Source: Vicugna vicugna
Taxonomy: Eukaryota
Length of the DNA stretch: 64,000 nucleotides
Direction: 5' to 3'
NCBI GenBank assembly: GCA_013265495.1
Contig: MU058844.1
Location: 310,001 to 374,000 of the forward strand
The translations under genes were made by a program, and so were the position numbers. The notes under the pieces are model-generated. The model had not been told where the DNA came from and ran no database searches. It worked only from the letters and a program-made list of their open reading frames with translations. Every line of letters starts with the position of its first letter. Within the stretch, counting starts at the first letter, position 1. Positions 38,122 to 51,783 of this stretch are shown here, in pieces.

Positions 38122-39490
38122 TGGACAAACTTTTGGTCAACTAATCTTTGACAAAGGAGGCAAGAATACACAATGGAATAAAGACAGTCTCTTCAGCAAG
38201 TGGTGTTGGGAAAACTAGACAGCATCATGTAAATCAGTGAAACTAGAACACTCCCTTACACCATACACAAAAATAAACTCAAAATGGATCAAAGACTTAA
38301 ACATAAGACAAGATACAATAAACCTCCTAGAAGAAAATATAGGTAAAACATTATCTCACATACATCTCAAAAATGTTCTCCTAGAGCAGTCTACCCAAGC
38401 CATAGAAATAAAAGCAAGAATAAACAAATGGGACCTAATGAAACTTACAAGCTTCTGCACAGCAAAGGAAAACATAAGTAAAACAAAAAGACAACATACA
38501 GAATGGGAAAAAAAATTTTTGCAAATGAAACCGACAAAGGCTTGATCTCCAGAATATATAAGCAGCTCATACGACTCAACAAGAAAAAAATAAACAACCC
38601 AATCCAAAAATGGGCAGAAGACCTAAACAAGCAATTCTCCAAGGAAGACATACAAATGATCAATAGACACATGAAAAATGCTCAATATCACTAATTATCA
38701 GAGAAATGCAAATCAAAACTACAATGAGGTATCACCTCACACCAGTCAGAATGGCCATCATTCAAAAGTCCACAAATGACAAATGCTGGAGAGGCTGTGG
38801 AGAAAAGGGAACCCTCCTACACTGCTGGTGGGAATGCAGTTTGGTGCAGCCACTGTGGAAAACAGTATGGAGATTCCTCAAAAGACTAGGAATAGACTTA
38901 CCATATGACCCAGGAATCCTGCTCCTGGGCATATATCNNNNNNNNNNNNNNNNNNNNNNNNNNNNNNNNNNNNNNNNNNNNNNNNNNNNNNNNNNNNNNN
39001 NNNNNNNNNNNNNNNNNNNNNNNNNNNNNNNNNNNNNNNNNNNNNNNNNNNNNNNNNNNNNNNNNNNNNNNNNNNNNNNNNNNNNNNNNNNNNNNNNNNN
39101 NNNNNNNNNNNNNNNNNCGCCATTTGCCATGAATGTTCCTGGAGAATGTCATTCTAAGTGAAGTAAGCCAGAAAGAGAAAGAAAAGTACCATATGAGATC
39201 ACTCATATGTGGAATCCAAAAAACAAAACAAACAAACAAACAAAAATACAGATCAGAAACAGATTCATAGACATAGAATACAAACTTGTGGTTGCCAAGG
39301 GGGTGGGGGGTGGGAAGGGATAGACTGGGATTTCAACATTGTAGAATAGATAAACAAGATTATAATGTATAGCACAGGGAAATATATACAAGATCTTATG
39401 GTAGCTCACAGAGAAAAAAATGTGACAATGAATATATGTATGTTCATGTATAACTGAAAAATTGTGCTCTACACTGGAAAAAAAAAAAGA
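38122..39490 (+). mobile_element. Young lineage-specific L1 3' part (spans the assembly gap)
   Basis: Near-intact ORF2 C-terminus ([35 protein letters not shown]...[18 protein letters not shown]) followed by 3'UTR. Confidence 0.92.
38938..39117. other. Assembly gap (180 N)
   Basis: Run of N inside the young L1. Confidence 1.
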
Positions 39491-40885
39491 AAGAAACTTT
39501 CTCAATTTGGCAAACCTCATCTGCCAAAGGAAAAAAAAGCTAATATCATTCTTAATGGTAAAAGATTGAATGCTTTGTTCCTAAGATTAGGAAAAAAGCA
39601 AGAATGTCAACTTTTACAACGTCTTTTCACCATTATATTGGAGGTCATAAGTAGTGCAGTAAGACAAGAAAATAAATAAAAGTCTATAGATTGTAAAGGA
39701 AGAAGTAAAAATGTGAAATATAATCATCTACACGGAATATTCTAAGGAGTCAACAATACAAATAGCTATGACAACAAATATGCAAGTTTAGCTAGGTTTC
39801 AGGATACAAGGTCAATATAAAAAAATAAGTTGCTTTTCTATTTAATAGCAACAAACTATTGGAAATGGAAAATGCTAAAAACACCATTTATAATAGATTA
39901 AAAACATGAAATATTTAGAGATAAATATAATCAAATATGTGCAAGACGTGTACATTGAAAAAATTTAATGCTGAGAGAAATTAAGGAAGAATTAAACAAA
40001 TCAAGAGACAAATCATGCTCATGGATGGGAAGAGTCAATACTGTAAAGATGTCAGTTCTTCCCTAACTGATCTATATAGCTCAACAGCCTCAACAGCTTA
40101 TTTTGTTGTTTGAGAAATCAACAAACTGAATCTAAACTTTATTTGGAAATGAAAAGGATCTAGAAATGATTTTTGAAAAGAGAATAACAAAGTTGGAGGA
40201 GTTGAGTTAGAGTTGAAATCTGATTTCAAGATTTACTCTAAAGCTACAGAATCAAGACAATGCATATATCTCAAGATAGACATATAGATCAAAGGAATAG
40301 ACTAGAGAGTCCAGAAATAGATCCACCAAAATATAGTCAACTGATTTTCAACAAAAGCACCCAGGCAATTCAATGGAGAAAAGACAGTTTTTCAACAAAT
40401 GGTGCTGGACATCTATATATCTTAAAAAAAAAAAAAGGAACTTTGACTTTTACTTCAGCCATACTCAAAAATTAACTTGAAATGAATCATAGACCTAAAT
40501 GTTAAGAGACCAAACTATAAAAGAAATATAGGAGAAAACCTTGTTATCTTGAGTTAAGCAAAGGTTTCTTAGGACACAAATATCACAAAATAAAAAATTA
40601 ATACATTAAGCTCCATCAAAATTTAACATTTCTGCTCTTCAAAAGACAATGTTATGTGAATATCTCTCAATAAAGCTGGTATAAAAAATAATGTTAAGAA
40701 AATGTTTTAAAAGCCACAGAATTGGAAAATTATTAGAAAATGCTGTATCTGATAAGGGACTTTTATCCAGAATACTTATAAAAAATAATAAGAATATTGA
40801 AGAATATTTAAAAATCCAACTAAAAAGTTTAAACACACACTTTCATCAAAGAATATAAACCAATGGCAATAAAAAGTGTTAATCT

Positions 40886-41000
40886 GAGTGCATGCCTAGC
40901 ATGCATGAGGTCCTGCGTTCAATCCCCAGTACCTCCATTAAGGAAATAAGTAAATAAATAAACCTAATTACCTCCTCCACAAAAAAATTTAAAATAAATT
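40886..41000 (+). mobile_element. 5'-truncated tRNA-Ala-derived SINE
   Basis: TAGCATGCATGAGGTCCTGCGTTCAATCCCCAGTACCTCC plus A-rich tail; same family as 49134. Confidence 0.8.
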
Positions 41001-41961
41001 TTAAAATGTTTTAAAAGATGCTAATTTGAGTTTAGGAAAATATAAATTAAAACATGCATACCAACATACAAGCACACCCACTAAAATGTCTAAAATTTTT
41101 TAAATTGACATGACCAAACATTGGTGAGCATACAAAGCAACTGAAACTCTCTTATTTATAACAATTTGACTCATAATAGCTAAAGACTAGAAACAACCCA
41201 AATGTTTACCAATAGATGAATATGTAAACAAATTGTGGTACACCCAGACTGTTGAATAATACTCAGCAATAAAAAAAGAACAAATTATGGACACATGCAA
41301 CAATATGAATTCATCACAAAAGCAATATGCTAAGTATGAGAAGCCTGACACAAAAGGCTACATATTACAGGATTCCATTTACATGGAATCAGATGTGACC
41401 TGGAAATGGGGGTGAGTGAGGAGGGTGACTGCAAAAAAGCAAGGAGAGGACATTTGTAGTTGATAGAAATGTCCCATATCTTTAATTAAGGCAGCAGTTG
41501 CATGAGTGTACACAATCAACGAAATTCATTGAACAATACACTGTAAAGAGGTAAATTTTATTTTATGTAAATTATTCTCCAATAAACCTGACTCTTAAAA
41601 AGGTAAAACCAGAAAAGAACTGCCTCAAAGGAGGACAATAAAAGGGGAGAAAGCTGAAATTCTACATTTCTCAGACAAAGAAGTCAATGTACATGGAAGA
41701 TTCCATCAGTCGCATCACTGAATAACCTTCCTTTCCTCTAACCGGTATTTTGGCGTTTGTATGGTTCTCACTCTGGGAAGACAAATAAAAGAGGTAAGGG
41801 TGATTTTTGTTTTTATCCCTACAACTAAAAGGTCTAGACACACCTCCCCACTTCAGGTTATTCAAAAAAGAGAATCACTCAGGCTCAGTGAAATTACAGA
41901 TTAATAGAAGATACTGTTTTATCTTTATTTCTAAACACTGGTTTAAAAATAACTTTCATAC

Positions 41962-42125
41962 TAGATCTTAAATGTTCTTACTCCAAAAAAGAAATGATAA
42001 TTATGTGATCGTGTGATAATCATGTTGCAATATATAAATGTATCAAATCATGTTATACCTTAAACTTAAATAATGTTATATGTCAATTATATTTCAATTT
42101 CAACAAAAATAAAAATATAAAGAAA
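41962..42125 (+). mobile_element. Short L1MA-type 3' tail
   Basis: TAGATCTTAAATGTTCT...TATATGTCAATTATATTTCAAT followed by an A-rich tail. Confidence 0.7.
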
Positions 42126-44014
42126 TTATAAACAAAAATAGCACTCTTACATTTCCCCAGAGGGATTGAAGATATTTGACACACGTGCATTTTTAGCTTA
42201 TGACAGCTCTGTGGGTGAGTAGAAATGCAGGTAGAGCAAGATGCTGTCGAACTGAACAGTTTTGCCGCAGAGGGAGATATGGCTGGATTTACATGTTGCA
42301 GAGATCACTCTGGCAGTCTGGGAATGAAACTGAATTTGATCAGGGCAAAGCAAGATAGATAGACAGGGTTGTTGAAAAGAACCCTTAAAACCTACACATA
42401 GGGCAATTAGAGGTAACAGAGGTGGCAGCTCAGCTGGAACTTGGCCATTGGCTGAATGTGAGGAATGAGTGTGAGAAAATGGCACTGGGAGTTACAGTAA
42501 GGTTCTGACTTGGTGGCGTATGTTGTTACACCAAAAGAATGTGGGCAGAGAGGTGAGAGGGCATGCTTGGAAAAAAAGAAGTGTTCCTGTGTGGCACTGG
42601 TCCATGCTGACCTGGGCCTTTCATCGTGGCTTTTTCTGTAAGCCCTTCCTTCTCTCCCACAGGCCCTTTCTCTCTATCCTCACATTATATTAAATAAATA
42701 ATAAAAACAATAAAGTATCTATTTCATGTTCATCTGCCCCGATTAACTGGGAGCTGCCCAAAGGCAGGAACTTTATCTTCTCCATTTCTGATCAAGTCCC
42801 ATTTCCTCACCCTGCTCCCCAGGCTGTCTGATGTCCCTCCTGTGTCCTCCTTTTCTCTGCTGAGCCACTCCTCTCTCACCTGCTGACTCGAAATTGCTAG
42901 TCCCTCTGGTTGGAATGTCCCTCTCCCTCTCCCTCCCCCTCCCCCCAGTCCCTCCTATACCTGAAAATCTCTTCATCATTCTTCAGGTCTCAGCTAAGCC
43001 ATCGTTTCCCTTTAAGAAATGTTCAATAATCCCCTGAATCTGGCATGGGGGCCCCTTCCGAATGTTCCCACAGCACCTCTACTTCTGGCTATGTTAACAC
43101 CCACCTCTCTGTTAAAATTGCTTGCTTTCCCTGTTAGCCTGTAAGTTTCACAAGTCCAAAGACTGTATCTGGCTTATCCACTATTGTTGCTGTAGTAGTA
43201 GTAGTTATATTAATCCTATCATAATATGGATTAATGTTTATTAGGTACTTAATATCTACCAGGCATCCCTCTAAGTGTTTTGATACATTAACTCATTTAG
43301 ACCTCACGACAACCTTTAAAGATAAGCCCTATTATTATCACCTTTTACAGGTTAGGGAACTAAAATATCGAGAGGGAAGTTTACTTGCTTGAGGTCAACA
43401 TAATAAGAAGAGTATTAACAAGCGATGGTGACAGCTATTTATCTCGTGCTCCCTAGCTCCTCACATGCTGCTGTCAAAGATGTTCCTTAAATGTTTGCAG
43501 AACTGATTTGAGGTAAGGAGGTTGTACTGGAGCTGGCACCTTGTGTCTGGCAGAGGAGAGGGCAGACCAGGCGAAACTCATAAACATCTGGCACCTATGC
43601 CAGGCTTAAGAATCGGGACACAGTGGTGAAAACACTCCCCAGCACAGCTGAATTAAGGCCTTGAAGAAGGGGCTCCTGCCAATCAGAACAGCAACAGGAG
43701 ATTTTATCATTCATTTTATTTCCAAGGGACATACTCTAGACACAACCCTAGAATCCCACTTCCTGGTTTCTTTATCTCACCCTGTGCCTACTTGTGACCC
43801 AGTCACCCTCCCACTTCCTCCTAAAATGATTCCATACCCCATCCTCACCTCAGAGCATCTCTCTCTTGTGGGTGTGTGTGCCATGTCCTATGATGACATC
43901 TTGGGTAGATACAAGGATAGGACACACCACTGTGAATAATGGAGGTGCCCCTGATGGGGTGGTTCGTTCTGCATGGACGTGTCCTCAGAGCCACCCAGAA
44001 CTGCAAGCCCTACA

Positions 44015-44180
44015 CCAGTGGTTCTCAACCTCCTGCACAGTCGTTACACCTGTGGAGTTTTTTAAACACCGATGCCTAGAATGTACCCTGAGTGAATTAA
44101 ATCAGGATCCCTGGGGGTAGGCCCCAGGCACTGATGTTTTTTAAACTCCTAGGGAGATTCCAAGGTTGAGACCCACTGCA
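44015..44180. mobile_element. hAT-Charlie MITE (MER5-like)
   Basis: CAGTGGTTCTCAACC ... GGTTGAGACCCACTG TIRs. Similar relics at ~46250-46322 and 53010-53190. Confidence 0.75.
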
Positions 44181-44334
44181 GAGCAACTCAATCTCATCCT
44201 CTCTCTGGGCCTTAGTCTCCTTGCTCTAGAGTTTCCATACAGGGTATTCTTTCCACGTGGGATGAGATGGGAGAGCCCTGGAGAGCAAGCAAGGCCAGGT
44301 AAGCCTGACTTTAATAAAGCCTCATATTGAAGCT

Positions 44335-44775
44335 ACATGGATGGAACTAGAGATGATCATACTAAGTGAAGTAAGTCACATAGAGAAAGACAAATATATG
44401 ATATTACTTATATGTGGAATCTAAAAAGATGAGACAAATGAACTTATTTACAAACAGATACAGACTCACAGAGATAGAAAACAAAACTATGGTTACCGAA
44501 GGGGAAAAGGACTGGGGAAGCGATAAGTTAGGAGTTTGGGATTAGGAGACACAAACTGCTGTATATAAAATAGATCAACAACAAGGTCCCACAGTATAGC
44601 ACAGGGAACTATATTCAATATCTTGTAATAACCTACAATGATGAAAAAGAATATGTATATATATGTATGACTGGATCACTGTGCTGTATGCCAGAAACTA
44701 ACTCAGTATTGTAAATCAACCATACTTCAATTTTAAAAACAGGAAATAAAAGAAAACAACATTAAAAAATCAAAA
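44335..44775 (+). mobile_element. Cetartiodactyl L1 3' tail
   Basis: CATGGATGGAACTAGAGATGATCATACTAAGTGAAGTAAG...TATAGCACAGGGAACTATATTCAATATC. Confidence 0.88.
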
Positions 44776-46664
44776 AGCTTGGTGAAAATGAGCCAACCAT
44801 GCTGCAGTCTCGTGCTTCTGGATGTCATAACCTGGTCTAGATTTTGAAGGGAAAGTGGCCTCTCCCTACTCACTCCTGAAGGGACAGGAGGGGGTGGCAG
44901 TGAGAATCGCATCTCCATCCCCAGAACCGTATCTGTCCTTCTCTAAATAACACCTGGAACTGTCTCCTCCCAAAAGATATTCATGTGTCCTTTACAGACC
45001 AGAAGCTGGGTCCCCAGGGGAGCAGTGCTCTATCTGCCCCTCCTCACGCTCAGATTCTGCCTCCAGTGCCAATTTCAGAGGATCCAAGTTTGATACTTGT
45101 TAAAGCGAATGGCAACGTCCTTACATATCTCCTCTTGATTTGGCTTTTGGCAATAGCTGGCTTCGACGTGAGATATCCCTCCCACCCCCAACCTGATCCT
45201 TATACTTTTCTGGTTCCTTCTCTAAATTGAGGTGACAGACAGCAGAGAGGAAATAGGCAGGAAAAAATAGATAAAAGCATCAGACACAATAGCCTGCACA
45301 AAAGTAGAGGGACCAATAACAATAATTATCATGATTATCAGTGCAGCTGTTGCTAACATTATAGAGTCTGGCTGGCATTTCTAGCACTGTGCTAAGTAAG
45401 CATTCTGTAGGGATTGTCCCCTGTGTCTTGTCCCCCAATCCTGTGAGGCAGGAGTATCACCATTTAACAGAGAAGGGAAGGAAAGGCACAGAGTGGAGCA
45501 ATGTTTTGCCTCATTTGATCTGAAAAAAAAAAAAAAAAGAATGATTACACGGTTCCCAGAAACACCTAGGAACTTGCTAGAAATGCAAATATCCCCTGGC
45601 CAGAGTGGAATTCATGGGCGTGCAACCAGTGCAACCACACACAGAAGAGCCTGGCAGTTGAAGTTTAATTTTATCTTACAATGAGTGTTTCCTAAGTGAA
45701 GTCTGATCAGACAGTGGGGCAAGTTCGGGGCCTTGGACCCTCGGCTCATGGATGGACCTGCCTCCCGTTGCTTCCCTGCCTGGGTTCTAGGCCATCTGCC
45801 CCCACCCTCCCTGCCCCAGGGTCCTGCCTCTAACCACCCCAGGCGGCAGTTGGGTTGCACTGATGAGGGGAAGTTTGTGTTGGCCATCTTCCTCAGTCCC
45901 TAGCTGGGGCTAGGGACAAACACAGGAGGGTTGGGGTCGGATGGGCACCCCTGAATGCTCAAGCCAGGGCAAGGCAGCGGCTACTCCCATCCAAAGCTGG
46001 CAGTTCTACTGAGGCCTTTTAGGGACTTCTTGTTGTCCGTCCCTGATCCGGGTCCTCAGTGAGTCCTGGCGTGGAGGTTGCATTTCCTTGCGGGGGGAGG
46101 GTGTCTGTTAGGGATGCACCAGGGCTGTAGGCCTGTGGGAAGGGGAGATGGGCTTCCCCACCCCAGAACAGGGCTATGCATTGTCCTTTTGCCCTGAACC
46201 AAATGAATTATGCAGCTGGCCCTCTTTGCTGCGCCCAGACAACTGGAATCAAAACTCTCAGGGCCAGCAATCAGTTTGAAGAGGCAGTTTGAAGAGGGCC
46301 AGCTGAAGTTTGAGAACCACTGAGTTATAGGGGCACTAAGGAGAAAGTACAAAGGAGGCAGAGGTGAGTGTGGCTTGGCAAGTGACGGCAGCATGGGAGT
46401 CACACTGATTGGGCTCGAATTCTACCCCTTTTCTGAGTGACCCTTAGCAAGTTACTTGCTCCTATTGGTACTGAGAACTCTGGCTAATATGTCTTATTGG
46501 AATCTTCAAGCAGGAATTTCCTTGGTAACTTTTCCAAGAAATCTTTTGCTTTTTTCGGAAGAACAACCATTTGAATGGCCTTTCAGCCTCCCGATTTCAG
46601 TAGATCCTTTCACATCTCACAGGCATTTCCGCCAATACTTTCCCACCCTCCTCTGAATGCCACT

Positions 46665-47912
46665 TTGTAATCAGTGCTGCTGTGTCCTGCCCAGATTGCC
46701 TTTACCAGGCAGGTGTGGCCTTCCCAACAGCTGCTGTGAGTGTCAACTGCTACAGGCTTACAGCTGCACCCATCTCTGGAGAGTTGCCCTTGATTCATGG
46801 AAGCCATCTTACCTAGAAATGTTTGTGAGGCTATTTTATCCCCAAGGGCAGCCCACAGCCAAAGGCTGGCTAGCTGATACAAGGTTTTAAAGCCCCTCCC
46901 CTTTGCCTCAAGTTGGAACAGCTTTGTGGTACTGCATGATGTTCCCTGACACCATTCTGAAAACAAAATGTATGGGTTTTAATGACACCAACCAATTCTC
47001 CAGCACCAGCTGGGCATCCAATAATTCAATTCAATTAACACTACTTGGAGTTAGTTAACGTTGGATCCCACAATTTAAAGAGTTCAGTCCCACAGGACTG
47101 CCCCCACTTCAGATGCTAGCCACAATTGGTTTCCCCAGGTGACCCACACTTCTGCCCAACTGATTACAAATTCAAGGGTTCCAACGATGCCCCCCTCAAA
47201 TTTGATAGTTCACTGGAATGACTCACAGAACTCTGGAAAATACTCCACTTACTACTGCAGTTTCCTATAAAGGAGATACAAGTGAACAGCCAGATGAAGA
47301 GGTACATAGGGCAGAAGGGTCCCAAGCACAGGAGCTTCTGTGCTATGGAGTTGGGGTGCACCATACTTCCCGGACATGGATGTGTTTACCAACTCAGAAG
47401 TTCTCCAAACTCCATTGTATAGGGGTTTTCTGGAGTTTTCATTATGTGGGCACGACTGATTAACTCATTGGCCACTGGGGATTGACCTCAATCTCCAAGT
47501 CCTCTGCCCTCCCCAAGGATTGGGGAGTGGGGCTGAAAATTCTAACCCTCTAATAATGTGGCTGGTTTTTCTAGTAACCAGTTCCCATCCCAAAGCTATC
47601 TGGGGACCCCACAGGACTCATCTCATTAGCATACAAAAGATAATTTCTAAGTGTTCTAGGAGCTCTGTGCCAGGAACCAGGGACAAGGACCAGATAATAT
47701 GTTTTTTATTATACTGCAGGCAACAGTTATCCTTCAGAGCTCCTCATGGGATCAGGCTGAGGCTGCACCCACCCCCACCTCTTTGCCTAGCTTCTTTCCT
47801 GCCTTGTCTTCCTCCACCCACATCCTCCAAGTTTTCACCTCAGAGCCTTCCCTCAACAAAGCACACAAGCCCTACTCTAGCTCTGCTTGCAGGAATCCAA
47901 CCTAAACCACAC
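46665..47912. mobile_element. LTR16-like ERVL LTR interrupted by a MER21-like LTR (~46965-47715)
   Basis: Inner element has CAGTCCCACAGGACTGCCCCCACTTCAGATG and AACAGCCAGATGAAGAGGTACATAGGG; outer halves show LTR16-type start and GAATCCAACCTAA end. Confidence 0.65.
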
Positions 47913-49133
47913 CCATAGCTTTCTACTCCCCACAGGGATCTGTGTGTTTTTTATGTGACTTCTTTGACTGGGAGTTCCTTGAGATTTAATCCATTTCTAA
48001 TTTATCTTTGCCTTCCTGTAATGCCTACACAATACTTTGCACATACAAAATTGTCAGTACATTTTGTGGAATGGGTATTTCATATTTTGAAATCATTTGC
48101 ATTGGCTGGCAGGATTGTTACATGACTGACTTATTTTCTCTAATCCTCATTCTACACCCTCACACCCCAATACTTGGCACATGAACAGTTTAATTCTCCC
48201 CAACTAAGATGAAAGCAAAGGATTTCAAGAAACGGCTCAAGAACAGACCCCTGTGGAAATTCCTCCAGGCCATTCTTGCTTGGTGCCAGAGATAGAGAAG
48301 ACTGTTCAGTGACTCGAGTATTTTTGTTCTTTCCAACTTCTCTGCCCAATGAAGTTAAACAGTCCCTAAGAGTAAATAAATGTGGCAAAGATAAAACAAA
48401 TATTTTTTCCAATTGGATTGGTTCATTCCTTGTGTGGGTTCAGATGAGGGAAAAACCAGAATGTTTTGATTAAATCAACTGTTGCCATGAAATGATTTGC
48501 TTGTTTACTAATGGGCTGTCATATTTCTTGTCATTATCTACCAAAGTGGGAATTCTTGGTACTGTTGAAAGGACTGCTCTGAATAGGAAAAACGGCAAGG
48601 TTCCTTAACCTAATGTTCTTACTATGTTACAAAGTGTAAAAACACTGAAGCAAAAGCAACAGGCAAGTAGAACTCTGTATAATTGCAGAGTACAGAAAAA
48701 AAGAGAAGCAGGTAGGCTCTCTTCATATCTCTTTTAGGAGTCTTTCCTTACCATGTGTTTCTGAGGACTAATTTTCCCACTTTCCTATCATTTCATATAG
48801 TATATATGCATCTCACCCAGCTGCTACTATGATTTGATTTCCTGATAAAAGGAAAGGTGGGTGGCTCTGGGTGACTCCCATGGTTCTTCCTAACTTAAAA
48901 GGTCTAGATGATCACATGAGATGCTACTGAATTCATGATGGTGGTTGTTTAGTTTTTAATCATATAGGGTGATGGTGATCCCATCTTACTGATGATGATG
49001 ATGATGGTTATGATAATGACAGATGGCATTTATTGGACACATGAGACATTGTTCTAGGACTTCACATGTATTAATTGATTAATTCCCATCACAACTATGG
49101 GTACCTTTAATATCTTCATTTTACACTAGGCCC

Positions 49134-49240
49134 GGGAGAGGTATAGCTCATTGGTAGAGCATGTGCTTAGCATGCACAAGGTCCTGGGTTCAGTCCTCAG
49201 TACCTCCACTGAAACAAACAAACAAACAAACAAACAAAAA
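49134..49240 (+). mobile_element. tRNA-Ala-derived SINE (camelid type)
   Basis: GGGAGAGGTATAGCTCATTGGTAGAGC...TTAGCATGCAC...GGTTCAGTCC...CCTCCA with A/B boxes, followed by an (AAAC)n tail; inserted in a MIR. Confidence 0.85.
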
Positions 49241-49815
49241 CTAGACCTCGTATATGTTAGGTAACGTGCCTAAGCATTGATGTTGTAAGTGACAGAGCTG
49301 ATTTTGACCCCAGATAGTCTGACTCCAGACCCAGGATTACTAATTACTACACTGTCTAGTAGTATTAGTCATAAAAGCAACCATTAACATTTATTGAGCC
49401 TTAACCACATACCAGCCATGATTCTTAATTATATGTATTAATGTCATCAAACCTCATAAAAACTCCATCAGGTAGATATTTATCATCCTCTTTTACTAGG
49501 GCACAGAGAGGTTAAGTAACTTGCCTAGGATTACCCAGCTGGTAAGTGAAGGAACCGTTTCAAGTCTGTGTAAGAGTGCCTTCCAAGCAATGCTCTCAGG
49601 TTTTCCTGCTTTGCTCACAGGTGCTCTGAGCTTTGGCTCTGTGGAACATGGGCACGCTACTATCAACCATACTTTTAAAGTGTATTCTGTCTCCCCTGGA
49701 AAAATATCCAGAGAGCCACAGAACAGAGACCTAGTCTACCATACACATCTGTCCTGTTTGTTTGCGTGCCCAGTGTTTCCCTCCTCATTTTTGTAAGAGC
49801 ACTCCTGTTGGGGAA

Positions 49816-50280
49816 TGTATTAATTTCCTTTCACTGCTGTTTCAAATTACCATACATTTAGTGGCTTAAAACAATACATATTTATTATCTTATTTACTTA
49901 CTTCTGGAGGTTGGAAGTCCAAAATAGGTCTTGCTGAGCTGAAGTCAAGGTGTCAGCAGGGCTGTGTCCTCCTGGAAGCCCTAGAGGAGAACCTGTTTCT
50001 CTGCCTCTTCCAGGTTCTACAGATGCTCCACATTCTGGGGCTAGTAGCCTCAGTCCTCCATCTTCAAAGGCAGCAATATAGACCAAGCCCTTCTCATGCC
50101 ACCGTCTGTCTGGCTGTTCCTCTTCTGCCTCCGTCTTCCACTTTTAAGGATGCTGGTGATTATACTGGGTTTACCTGGATAATCTCCCCAGGTCAGCTGA
50201 TTGGCAACCTTAATTCCTCTTTGCCATGTGAAGGTTCTCAGGATTTGAAGTGGTGTTATGGCATTATTCTGCCTGCCACA
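49816..50280 (-). mobile_element. MaLR solo LTR (MLT1C-like)
   Basis: TG...CA termini; flanks GGGAA/GAGAA (5-bp TSD, 1 mismatch); AGTGGCTTAAAACAA and TCAAGGTGTCAGCAGGGCTG motifs. Confidence 0.85.
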
Positions 50281-50875
50281 GAGAACCTCTGCTTTTCACT
50301 CTTGGTTCATATATTCTGGGTTAGTCCAACTTGACAACTTTGGCTCAAAGCATAGGCTTGGAACTTTTACTGGATTTCTTGGAAAAGAACCCCCACCCCC
50401 ACATCCCTGCTTCTGATCACAGCTCACCTGCTCTGAAGATGAGCCAGGGACGGGCCTCTCCCTGACTAGTTGGAGCCCTTTCCCTACCGCAGTTAAATAT
50501 CATGACGATCCTACCTGCTGCTGAAGTCAGTGAGCCGGTAGCTGCTGTGTCCACCTTTGCAGAAACACAGGACGAGCATTCCTAAAAATGAAGCCTCTTC
50601 TTCCCGCTGCTTCTTCAGGGAGCTACTATGCAGTACTTGCAATCTCTGAAAAACAAAGACTAGAACAAGACCTCTTTAATGATATCTATCTTAGCACTGT
50701 TTCATCCTTTGTTTATCACTTGCTGGCTTGAGTTGAGCATAAGAATGGTCGGTCAATGTTCCTCACTGATTTGGATTCTTTCTCTAGCCTCTCCTTTGTC
50801 ATTCTCAGCATCCCCAAAATTAAAATTAAAAAAGGAAGTAAATATCTTTTTATTAAGATTCACCTGAAAGACATC

Positions 50876-51300
50876 TTATTAGTCAGGTTTCTGCTACTCG
50901 AATGCTATGTAAAAAAGACTCCATAGCATCAGTGACTTACCAAAAATATGTCTTTGTCTTCCTCACAGGTCTGTGGGGCAGCTGGGGCAGCTCTGCTTTG
51001 GGCTACCGATGGGATCAGGTCTACACACATTCCTTAGACAAGCAGCTACCTGGGACAGTTCTTCTCATGGTAGAGGACAGAAGCACAAGGAGCCAGGCCA
51101 CACTACAGGAGCACATTTAAGGTCTCTGCTTGTGCCATAGCCTCTAACATTTCATTGGCCAAAAAGAGTCATATGCCAAGTCCCACTTCAGTGGGAAATC
51201 TACTCTGATTTCTCCAGTAGGAGACACTGTAGAGAGGGCAACATGGCAAAGTGTGGATGCTTTCTTAGGCATTAGAGAATTGGGACAATTCAGCCCTATC
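50876..51300 (-). mobile_element. Old MLT1 LTR relic
   Basis: TATTAGTCAGG start and TTTCATTGGCCAAA...GTCATATGCCAAG motif. Confidence 0.6.
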
Positions 51301-51783
51301 ATAGACACCTTCCATTCTGATGTTTCCCTTCTCTTTAATAGAAAAGGAGAAAATATCTACATTAAAAGGATTTCTGGGAAAACTTTTTTTTAAGTTACCA
51401 GGATTAATTAAGATTTCGTCCCACCTTCTACCTATAGGTCTGATTTCAGGAGCACAGGTTTCCAAGACCCCCACACCCAGTTTAATGTTCCACTGTCGCC
51501 ATTGTGAAGTTCTTCATAATTTTTGAACAAAGGACCCTGCATTTTCACTTTGCACTAGCCCCCACAAATTATGGAGCCAGTCCTACCTACATATACCATA
51601 TATGGTTCCAGGTGGTGAGACTTAATGCTCAGAATAGTGACCCTGAGACCTATAGGTTCCAGAGTGATCCAAAATTCAATTATAATTACCATGTTCTTTT
51701 ACTCATTCAACATATTTATTGGGTGCTGTTATAATTCTAAGTTTTAGAGGTAAAACCAAGAACAAACCAGCCCTGCCTTCATA

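Larger units (their letters stand above)
37540..41600 (+). mobile_element. Old L1M element (ORF2 to 3'UTR) with nested younger insertions
   Basis: Degraded RT-region motifs (PDSEGFTSEFYQ; RHIDQRNRLESPEIDP) and 3'UTR. Confidence 0.88.

Noticed and set aside
38237..39161. Active L1 ORF2
   Set aside because: 5'-truncated, frameshifted and interrupted by a gap.
49134..49208. Functional tRNA-Ala gene
   Set aside because: Stem mismatches, simple-repeat tail, no Pol III terminator and a second truncated copy indicate a SINE.
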